Shown: in pieces, positions 1-9,591 of the stretch | Position numbering within the stretch: position 1 is the stretch's first letter | Layout of the letters: each line of letters opens with the position of its first letter | NCBI GenBank assembly: GCA_040752695.1 | Contig: JBFMGO010000077.1 | Location: 1-30,749 of the forward strand | Length of the DNA stretch: 30,749 nucleotides | DNA from: a bacterium | Lineage (GTDB): Bacteria; SZUA-182; DTGQ01 | Direction: 5' to 3' | Translations under genes and position numbers: made by a program | Notes under the pieces: model-generated | Database searches by the model: none | What the model saw: the letters and a program-made list of their open reading frames with translations, nothing else | What the model was told of the DNA's origin: nothing

Positions 1-258
1 GCGAATTTTCCCACCGATCATTCAGAACGTAAAGAACGATACAAACTTTGATTGCTAAAAATCAGTTCTTATAGATTCTCAATTTCTCTTTCTATAATTC
101 ATGATACCCTATTTCCTCATTCAAAAAGGAGGTGTATCCACCTGATTTCGTAATAATTCCCTCTTAACAAATGAATACTGATGTGGAAAATCGAAAACGC
201 CTGATGAAAACATGGACCATACGCTGACCCTACGAATTCATAAAGGAGAAATCGTATC

Positions 259-1548
259 ATGACAAAGAAATGTGCCTATCTTCTTATTTGTTCACTGACA
301 GCTTTCATACTCATTTTGGGAGGATGTAGTGGTGAAGAGGGGGGGAAAAACGACCAGCCCCAAGCTAATAATAACACCGATAATAATCCAACGCTCCTCA
401 TCGGCCAATGGATTCTCGAAGATGCCCCTGCCGGGGAGGATGTTCCAAAGGCGCTTTTGTCTATCGAGGCAGATTCAACCTGGAAATACTGGGATAATGC
501 TGATGCCGCTCAGTTTATTGAGCCTGATCGTACGGGGACGTGGGCTATTGCAAATGGTGTTTTAACCTATGTTGATATTGAGAATGAAGAATCTGAGTCT
601 GCTACTTTCAGCGTTACTGAAGAGCAGTTAGTTCTTGATTTCCTTGGATCAGAAGACGATCACTGGGAATATGGCCGGTACAGTGAAGAGTCCGCCTCCG
701 AAAACACCGAGGAAATCAGCCAGGAATCACTCGACGCGATGATTAACGCAGCCCTGAAAGCTTTGCAGGATTCCGATTCGCCTGAAGATTTAGAGGCTGT
801 CGAGGAATCCATGGCCTATGTAACGGAAGATGAGGGAAACCCCTCTGTCAGCAGGTCTCTCAAATTGGAAATGGAAAGCCAGACAGAAAGAAAAAGGTAC
901 CTGGCCGTTCCAATCGACTTTGAATGCGGGACAATGTTTATGAGTGGATTAACGTATAATTTTGAATTTACCGGTGATTCAACCTGTGTGTTTCATTCAG
1001 GAAATGTGATTCTCGAAGTTTTGGGAAATGGGAATATCACCGTTACGTATGAAGACTTGACGAGTGATTACTGTACCCTTAACGGTGTAGTACTGGTTGA
1101 AAAAACAGATGATACGGCTACTACTACTTATACCTTCGAAAGCTTTAATTCCTGCGGACATACCCTCGATGGAACCTATACCGTTATCAAGGATAAAGAT
1201 ACCGGTGAGATCGTGTATGCCTATGGTCAACATAGTGGGGTCTATTCGATAGGGAATCACAGCGCCACAGTTACGACGAATCTCAGTTCGGATGATCAGG
1301 GAAATTATGATGGCACCGCTGCCGTCAGCCTGGGTAATTATGGAACCTATACATTCAATTTAAGCAATGTCTATCTTGACGCAAATTGCAGCCTCCCGAC
1401 CTCTGGAACCATGACCATGACGGGCCAAAGAGGCAAAACTCTCCAGGTGTCTTTTGAAGGTTCCAGTTGCGATAATCCGGCGGCCACATTAAGCTCAGGG
1501 AGTTGGCAGCATACCGTTAATCTGAACGCGCTGGTGAGTGGTGAGTAA
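259..1548 (+). CDS. Acidic lipoprotein of unknown function (N-terminal lipocalin-like barrel, C-terminal beta-rich region)
   Basis: 429-aa ORF; SD AAAGGAGA at 242-249; basic N-terminus, hydrophobic stretch and lipobox ILGG-C23; LLIGQW motif like lipocalin-type domains; Asp/Glu/Thr/Ser-rich with several Cys. Confidence 0.8.
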   Translation: MTKKCAYLLICSLTAFILILGGCSGEEGGKNDQPQANNNTDNNPTLLIGQWILEDAPAGEDVPKALLSIEADSTWKYWDNADAAQFIEPDRTGTWAIANGVLTYVDIENEESESATFSVTEEQLVLDFLGSEDDHWEYGRYSEESASENTEEISQESLDAMINAALKALQDSDSPEDLEAVEESMAYVTEDEGNPSVSRSLKLEMESQTERKRYLAVPIDFECGTMFMSGLTYNFEFTGDSTCVFHSGNVILEVLGNGNITVTYEDLTSDYCTLNGVVLVEKTDDTATTTYTFESFNSCGHTLDGTYTVIKDKDTGEIVYAYGQHSGVYSIGNHSATVTTNLSSDDQGNYDGTAAVSLGNYGTYTFNLSNVYLDANCSLPTSGTMTMTGQRGKTLQVSFEGSSCDNPAATLSSGSWQHTVNLNALVSGE

Positions 1549-1570
1549 CGAACTCAGGGCAAGGAGTTCG
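1549..1570 (+). terminator. Short stem-loop directly after the lipoprotein stop
   Basis: CGAACTC-8 nt-GAGTTCG; no U-tract on the + strand, so its function is uncertain. Confidence 0.3.
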
Positions 1571-1592
1571 CAAAACAGGCTCTCTTTAAAAG

Positions 1593-1656
1593 GAAGCCTA
1601 TCCGAAAATTCGCGAAGGATTATTTATCTCCAGGCAAAAGTTTTCGGATAGGCTTC
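1593..1656. repeat. Perfect 16-bp inverted repeat (bidirectional terminator or MITE/IS-end remnant)
   Basis: GAAGCCTATCCGAAAA (1593-1608) and TTTTCGGATAGGCTTC (1641-1656), 32-nt spacer, between convergent genes. Confidence 0.7.
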
Positions 1657-1708
1657 AAGCCTTTCGATTTTTTCACTTCAATGGTTTTCTGTTGACTGGA
1701 CTACTGTC

Positions 1709-1740
1709 TCCCTCTGCGGCAGCGGGAAACGGCAGAGGGA
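1709..1740 (-). terminator. GC-rich stem-loop just after the DUF3782 gene stop
   Basis: TCCCTCTGC (1709-1717) / GCAGAGGGA (1732-1740); no clear U-tract. Confidence 0.35.
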
Positions 1741-1746
1741 AAATGT

Positions 1747-2562
1747 TCAGTCTTTTTTTACGTCTTCAGCATACGAGTAAACTTCAATCCCCAAATGATC
1801 GGCCACAATTTTTGCCTTATCGTCTGCCATGGGAGAAATGACAATTTTCCGGTTAGCCTTGCAGTCGTGCAGCCTTTCATAAAATTTGACTTTTCTGTCA
1901 AATATATACATATCGCCCTTGCTCATGGAGGACTTGATTTCACAAATAATCAGGAGCCCGTTTTTAATAAGAAGATCCATCTCCACTTGATCCGGATGAC
2001 CAAATACCTCTCCTGTATCGTCAAACTCATGAATATGTAATACCTTCACCTGAAAGAATTCCCCTAAGATACCGGCCAGTGCGTTACGGAATGAAGCTTC
2101 GGAGTGCAGCCCCCATCTCGCTCCAAGCGCTTCGATCGTTTGGTCATGTTTACGGTTCATGGCCTTGATCTCCTGAAACGTCTGCTGAAATCGCTCTTCA
2201 ATGGCTTTCTGATTCTCCCACCACTTCCGCTCCTGCTCCTCCCACTTTTGGTCTTGTGCTTTTTTTTCTTCCGCCCACTTTTCCTCCCACTTGCGGGATT
2301 GCTCTTCAAGGGCTTTTTGGTTCTCCCACCACTTTTGGTTTTGCTCCTCCCACTTGCGGTCCTGCTCCTTCCGCGTACGGCTTTGTTCCTCTCTGTCCCT
2401 CTTAAGCTCGTTGAGCATACGGTCGAAACGATCTTCGGTTTCTTGTTTTCCAGCATAATACTGAGAGGAAAGCCGCAGGATAAATCGCGCTATTTCCTCA
2501 TCAGTCTGCATTATCTTAGGCAGTTCCTCCCTGATTATTTCCTTGATTTTATTCAGTTCCAT
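1747..2562 (-). CDS. DUF3782-type coiled-coil protein with C-terminal PD-(D/E)XK nuclease-like domain
   Basis: EEQxRKW heptad repeats, then ALGARWG..SEASFRNAL, VFGHPDQVEMDLLI and CEIKSS motifs; ATG at 2562 preferred over the TTG at 2610. Confidence 0.8.
   Translation of the reverse strand: MELNKIKEIIREELPKIMQTDEEIARFILRLSSQYYAGKQETEDRFDRMLNELKRDREEQSRTRKEQDRKWEEQNQKWWENQKALEEQSRKWEEKWAEEKKAQDQKWEEQERKWWENQKAIEERFQQTFQEIKAMNRKHDQTIEALGARWGLHSEASFRNALAGILGEFFQVKVLHIHEFDDTGEVFGHPDQVEMDLLIKNGLLIICEIKSSMSKGDMYIFDRKVKFYERLHDCKANRKIVISPMADDKAKIVADHLGIEVYSYAEDVKKD
2194..2391 (-). repeat. In-frame heptad (21-nt) repeats in the coiled coil
   Basis: QDRKWEEQNQKWWENQKALEE and QDQKWEEQERKWWENQKAIEE recur 36 codons apart. 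Confidence 0.8.
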
Positions 2563-2757
2563 CAGTGTATCGTCTCTATCGATTATGGCAGATCTCCCCC
2601 TGCTTACCAATAGTTATATTCTTATTATACTCTGAATTTTTCGGCAGCGAAAAATTTTTTCATCGTTCAAGAGCGAATTCATCAAAGACCAGCGGATATT
2701 TTAGGCCAGTGGGGATGGCTTAGCTGTCCAAATGCGAGAGCGAAACCAGCTTTACCT

Positions 2758-4083
2758 TTATGGGGTATCCTCTACCATCTGAATTCCCGGCGTGACTCCG
2801 GGGACGGCGCCCATTTTTACATAGAGCGGGTAGATCATAGTACTGAGGGCTGGAAGTTTTATGGCGAATATAACAGAACCTGCGATGCAGCAGATCCCTC
2901 CGATCATGAGGGTATTGGGTGCTCCGATCATACTGGCCAGGCCGCCTGCCAGCAGGCTGCCAAGGGGTTCCATGCCGATGAAGGACATGGTAAAAAAACT
3001 CATTACCCGGCCGCGCTTATCTTCCTCCACAATGGTTTGCAGAAGCGTGTTACTGGAAGCTATCTGAACCATTATTCCAAATCCGACCAGCAAAAGGAGG
3101 AACAGAGAGAGAAAAAGGGCACGTGATTGGGAAAAAGCAACAATTCCCACCCCAAAAATACCTGCCGATATGGCAATCATCTTCCCCAGCCCTAGAACAC
3201 TTCTTTGCGCTGCAAGGTAAATGGCGCCCAAAAGCGCGCCCACGCCTGATGCCGCTATCAGAAACCCCAGAGTATCAGGGCCTCCGTGCAGGACATTTTT
3301 TGCAAAAATTGGCATTAATACGGCATAAGGCATGCCCATGAAACTGATGAGCGCAAGGAGCTGTAAGACTGACCTGATAGGAGCAGATCCGAAGGTATAA
3401 GTAAACCCGTCTTGCAGCTCATGTATTATATAGGATGACTTTGACGCATCTTTGGGCTTTTGGTTTATCTTCATTGCCAAAAGGGCCGCAATAACAGCGA
3501 GGAAGGTTATCCCGTTGAGAAGGAAGCATATGCCCTCTCCGACAAGGGCAATTGTTATGCCGGCTATGGATGGCCCTATCAGCCTGGCTCCGTTAAACAT
3601 TGAGGAGTTGAGGGCGATGGCATTGCCCAGATCCTCCTTTTTGTCAATCATATCAACGAAAAATGCCTGCCTGGCTGGAATATCGAAGCCATTCACCAGG
3701 CCGATAAATATACTCAACGATATGATATGCCAGGTTGCGATTTGGCCCGTCAGGGCGAGGGCCGCAAGAATAAATGCTTGAACCATGGCCAGTGTCTGCG
3801 TGATGATCAGAAGACGGCGGCGGTTCCACCTGTCGATCATCACACCGGCCAGAGGGCCGAAAAGGAAGGCAGGGATCTGACTTGCAAACTCTACAGCGCC
3901 GAGCAGGAACATCGAACGGGTCAGATTAAATACCAGCCACCCCATGGCAACGATCTGCATCCATGTACCGACCAGGGAGATACTTTGACCAAAGAAAAAA
4001 AGACGGAAATTTTTATGTCTCAGGGAACGCAGGATCAGCTTCAATCCTTTTACTTCATGAGAATTCGTTGGCGCAGATTCCAT
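2758..4083 (-). CDS. MFS transporter (MFS_3/DUF894-like exporter family)
   Basis: 441 aa, about 12 hydrophobic segments, motif A-like GVMIDRWNRRR, N-terminal LRHKNFRLFFFGQSISLVGTWMQ. Confidence 0.9.
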   Translation of the reverse strand: MESAPTNSHEVKGLKLILRSLRHKNFRLFFFGQSISLVGTWMQIVAMGWLVFNLTRSMFLLGAVEFASQIPAFLFGPLAGVMIDRWNRRRLLIITQTLAMVQAFILAALALTGQIATWHIISLSIFIGLVNGFDIPARQAFFVDMIDKKEDLGNAIALNSSMFNGARLIGPSIAGITIALVGEGICFLLNGITFLAVIAALLAMKINQKPKDASKSSYIIHELQDGFTYTFGSAPIRSVLQLLALISFMGMPYAVLMPIFAKNVLHGGPDTLGFLIAASGVGALLGAIYLAAQRSVLGLGKMIAISAGIFGVGIVAFSQSRALFLSLFLLLLVGFGIMVQIASSNTLLQTIVEEDKRGRVMSFFTMSFIGMEPLGSLLAGGLASMIGAPNTLMIGGICCIAGSVIFAIKLPALSTMIYPLYVKMGAVPGVTPGIQMVEDTP

Positions 4084-4187
4084 ATGTTTTCGTTTATTTC
4101 CTCACTCTATAATAAGCACTCCTTTTTCCTGTAGGCCATAGTAATTATGAATACGCGACATGTTCTCCAGTACTCTTTTAACCGTTC

Positions 4188-4216
4188 ATTATACAACCTA
4201 TAACTTTAAATGACAA
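4188..4216 (-). promoter_or_regulatory. sigma70-type promoter for the MFS gene
   Basis: TTGTCA-N17-TATAAT on the minus strand, about 100 nt upstream of the start. Confidence 0.7.
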
Positions 4217-4284
4217 CGAAAAGATGCAAGTGAGGATCATCGCCAGAAAAAATCCCATAAAGGCCGATTGATTATCTGAATGAA

Positions 4285-4316
4285 TATGCTACTTATATTA
4301 TTTTAGAAATAGCATA
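4285..4316. promoter_or_regulatory. Inverted repeat, possible operator in the divergent intergenic region
   Basis: TATGCTACTT...AAATAGCATA (9/10 complementary arms). Confidence 0.35.
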
Positions 4317-4384
4317 ACTACTAAAACCGACACAAGGAGAGCTTGGAAGTGGACTTTATTCTTTTAAGAAAGGACCGATGAGAG

Positions 4385-5380
4385 ATGAAAAGAATTATCC
4401 TTTTTGCTTTAGCAGGATTAGTGGTACTCAGTTTCATGACTGACTCTGGATTTGCCTGGGGACCTGCTACCCATATCTACATTACCAGAAGGCTGGATAG
4501 AAGGCTTGGAGCAATGAATTTTCAAAAGATATACGGTGGCATAGCTCCTGACATCTTTAGTTACATATACCGGGTACCATCCCGAAAGTACCTTGAGACG
4601 CAAATGCATACTGAGGTCATGGGATTATTGGCCGCAGCCGATAAAAAGGAGCTGAAAGCATTTGCCCTTGGATTTATGGGTCATAATGAGGTTTGGGGAG
4701 CGGATTACATTGCCCGCCATGAGCCGGACTATATAGGCAGGAAGTCTGATCAGCTCATAGCCAGGATACAACAAAATCCAACTCAGTTTTCTGAAGAACT
4801 GAGAAACACCATGGATGCTCTGTTCGAGATTGAGGGTGAGTACATGCACGGGCTCTGCTGCATTGCCGTAGAATACAGCGTGGACCTGTTGATAAAACGA
4901 AATGAAGATCCTGAAATCGGCGCACGGATAATCCTCGCAACTACGCTTCGGGATCCCAATATTCCCTCTTTACTGACCAGTGTTTATGGCCGCAATCAAG
5001 AGGAGATCCAAACCATTCTGAGTAGTGAAATGGAATTCAGAAAGGCGATGCTGGCCTACGGAAACAATCTTTTGCTGGATGAAAGATCAGCGGTTAAGGC
5101 GGTTGCCGGAATGATTGCCGAGATTGCCCCGGATGCGATCTGCATAGACCTCCCCAACCAGGATAAGCTGACCTCCATGGGGATTGAGCTCTTAAATGCA
5201 GCTCTCGTCATTTGCAGGTCCGATTATTCTCAATACGTATCAATAGCAATCGAGACGGTAAAGAGAAAGATAAATACCGGCTATCTCAATACCGATTTAG
5301 ATCCTGTGGAGGAGGAAGTCTCTCCTTGGGAGGATATAATCTCTCCTCCTCAAACAGGCATATATCCTTTCGTACGATAG
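4385..5380 (+). CDS. Secreted Zn-dependent phospholipase C / P1 nuclease superfamily-like protein
   Basis: Sec signal ending GFA, followed by mature N-terminal WGPATH (W-x4-H), GGIAPD and GFMGHN...AD motifs. Confidence 0.65.
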   Translation: MKRIILFALAGLVVLSFMTDSGFAWGPATHIYITRRLDRRLGAMNFQKIYGGIAPDIFSYIYRVPSRKYLETQMHTEVMGLLAAADKKELKAFALGFMGHNEVWGADYIARHEPDYIGRKSDQLIARIQQNPTQFSEELRNTMDALFEIEGEYMHGLCCIAVEYSVDLLIKRNEDPEIGARIILATTLRDPNIPSLLTSVYGRNQEEIQTILSSEMEFRKAMLAYGNNLLLDERSAVKAVAGMIAEIAPDAICIDLPNQDKLTSMGIELLNAALVICRSDYSQYVSIAIETVKRKINTGYLNTDLDPVEEEVSPWEDIISPPQTGIYPFVR

Positions 5381-5395
5381 ACTGAAAAGACGTGG

Positions 5396-5442
5396 TCCCC
5401 TCCCGCTTAAGGCCCCCGGAAAAGGATGGTCAAGGGAGGGGA
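5396..5442. terminator. Stem-loop between convergent genes
   Basis: TCCCCTCCC (5396-5404) / GGGAGGGGA (5434-5442); long loop. Confidence 0.35.
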
Positions 5443-5488
5443 GACCGAAAAACCTGTGCCCGCTTGAAGTTACACTTCATCTTGCTCC

Positions 5489-6604
5489 TCACAGGGATAA
5501 GGCGAAGTTCAGATAGAGCTGAGCCGTTTGCACTACCTGGAAAAAAGTCAACGATTCTTCAGGAGTATGGGCCGATTCGAGCCGTCCAGGCCCCAGGATA
5601 ATGGGGTCCGCGCCTGCTGCCCATAACACGTTTCCGTCCGAATGACTTCTAAAGACCTGAGGCTCCCAGGGGAGCGACATGGATTGATACACTTCTTTCA
5701 ACTTCTTCACCAAAAGTCTTTCCTGGGAAATCCGGTATCCTGAATGAGTATTTTCAAATCTGATATAAGCATCCAGGCCGGGGATATTCTGCACCGCTGA
5801 TTCCACGATCTGCTCCAGTTCCGCCTTGAGCACATCTATCCTCGAATCAGGTGGAGCATGGAGGTCGAGCCACGCTTCGCAGGTATCCGGCACCACAAAC
5901 CCGCCGGGAAACCCCAAAAGCTGTCTGATGTTATACACCAATCCATGGGGCACGGAAGTCGTGTACTCGGTGACCTGTAAAAGTAACCTGAGCATGGTTT
6001 CAATAGCATTCTGCCCAAGCTCCGGTAAAGAGGAATGAGCTCTCTTGCCGCGGGTTCTCAGAAGAACTTCCAGATACCCATAATGCCCAAGACAGGGGAT
6101 CATATTGGAGGGCTCACCCACTACTGCCCAGGGGAAACTGTATTCCCTGACCAGCGTTTTGGCACCATCGCTCTCTTCCTCCTCGCCCACTACCAGAGCA
6201 AGGCCCACCGGAGGAAGGGCATCGCCTCTTTCAGTCAGAGCGATGAAGGCTTCTATCATAGCTGCACAGCCAGCCTTCATGTCCGTAACTCCCAGACCGA
6301 AGGCAAGGTCACCCTCTTCATAAAAGCCGTAATTTTCCAGATCAAATGCGGTAATCGTATCCAGGTGCCCTACAAAGCACAGTTCCACTTCGTCCGCCCC
6401 TTCAGGCAGCACTACAATATTGTAGCGGTTCTCGTCAACCGGCTGCCTGGTCATGGATACACCATGATTATTCAGATATTCTTCTACATATTTTAGAATT
6501 TCTTCTTCTTTGCCTGAAGGGCTGTATATGTTCACCAGATCCTTAAGGAGTTCTTTCAGCCTTTCAGGTTGTATACCCGTTGACGTGGTTTCGGTTGTTT
6601 CCAT
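5489..6604 (-). CDS. M20/M25/M40 family metallohydrolase (ArgE/DapE-like)
   Basis: GHLDT, GLGVTDMKAG, GEEE, VVGEPS, GKRAHSS and C-terminal AHTPEE motifs; SD GAGG upstream. Confidence 0.9.
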   Translation of the reverse strand: METTETTSTGIQPERLKELLKDLVNIYSPSGKEEEILKYVEEYLNNHGVSMTRQPVDENRYNIVVLPEGADEVELCFVGHLDTITAFDLENYGFYEEGDLAFGLGVTDMKAGCAAMIEAFIALTERGDALPPVGLALVVGEEEESDGAKTLVREYSFPWAVVGEPSNMIPCLGHYGYLEVLLRTRGKRAHSSLPELGQNAIETMLRLLLQVTEYTTSVPHGLVYNIRQLLGFPGGFVVPDTCEAWLDLHAPPDSRIDVLKAELEQIVESAVQNIPGLDAYIRFENTHSGYRISQERLLVKKLKEVYQSMSLPWEPQVFRSHSDGNVLWAAGADPIILGPGRLESAHTPEESLTFFQVVQTAQLYLNFALSL

Positions 6605-7199
6605 TCCTCTGCCTCTTCCCGGAATTTCCCGTTTTCTTTTGCAGCTTTTGATAGGTACTCAGATTCAAAGTTAGATATATGTGTTTCTGGGGGTTGCGAA
6701 AACCCTTTTTCTTGAAAAGCTGAAGAGCCGCAAAATCATTTGCCCCTGTATCCACCAGAAACATATTCACTCCATCATCGATCATCTTCTCGGCAAGTTT
6801 ATCGAACAGCCGGCTGGCGATCCCCTGTCTTTGACAGGCGGGGACGATGCCCAGCCAGACAAGGTACCCATACTTCCATGATGATCTTTTTTTGGAGACC
6901 GTTGTCCCTAAAGCAAATCCCACTATCTTTTTATCGCACTCCGCCACCAGGCAGTATTCGCTATCCGAATTAAAGAGAGAAGTTACCTCGTATTCATCCC
7001 AGGTACGGTAAAGCGTCGGCACTTCCTGGGCAGTAAAAATCATCTCACCGATATGAAAAACTTCAGGAAGATCACCTATCTCCATCTCCCTGATGTTAAC
7101 CTCAAGTCTCTTTTTTTTACAACTGATTTCCGCGTTTCTTTCCTCGTCCTTTTTATTTTCTTTCGGTTTGTTCTGGTCAACTGGTTCACCAGCGTCCAT
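6564..7199 (-). CDS. GNAT family N-acetyltransferase
   Basis: IREM..DL start of fold, CLVAE..KIVGF, acetyl-CoA motif QRQGIA, LFKKKGF; SD GGAGG upstream; 41-bp overlap with the M20 gene. Confidence 0.9.
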   Translation of the reverse strand: MDAGEPVDQNKPKENKKDEERNAEISCKKKRLEVNIREMEIGDLPEVFHIGEMIFTAQEVPTLYRTWDEYEVTSLFNSDSEYCLVAECDKKIVGFALGTTVSKKRSSWKYGYLVWLGIVPACQRQGIASRLFDKLAEKMIDDGVNMFLVDTGANDFAALQLFKKKGFRNPQKHIYLTLNLSTYQKLQKKTGNSGKRQRNGNNRNHVNGYTT

Positions 7200-7323
7200 A
7201 AAAATAAAAACCTCCTTGCATCTTATATATGGGTTGTGAGTTCATGAGCCAAACTTCAGAACGTGGAAAAAGGTGCGTTTACTCCCAAAGGCTTACTCCT
7301 GACTTCTTTCCACTCAATAAGTA

Positions 7324-7352
7324 AGTATAACAGCATCTTAATGCCATGTCAA
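7324..7352 (-). promoter_or_regulatory. sigma70-type promoter for GNAT-M20
   Basis: TTGACA-N17-TATACT with extended -10 TG. Confidence 0.8.
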
Positions 7353-7465
7353 AGCTCACTCCACAGTCAAAAACCAAAAAAACCGAAAAAGAGCTCTTGG
7401 CGGGTATGAAGGCTTAAGGGCAGGTCTCTAAGATATATGCCAAAAGGTTGACCTATGCTAAAAGA

Positions 7466-9556
<2,091 letters not shown>

Positions 9557-9591
9557 TCAGCAATCTCCTCGGTCCAAAGTGCCTTATTTCT

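Noticed and set aside
124..143. Strong SD AAAGGAGGTG in a small hairpin upstream of the lipoprotein
   Set aside because: No properly spaced start codon or meaningful ORF follows
2104..2613. Hydrophobic Leu/Pro-rich + strand ORF
   Set aside because: Antisense shadow of the Glu/Lys/Trp coiled coil
7332..7346. sigma54-like TGGCATTAAGATGCT upstream of GNAT
   Set aside because: GG-GC spacing is 9, not the required 10; it is the spacer of a good sigma70 promoter
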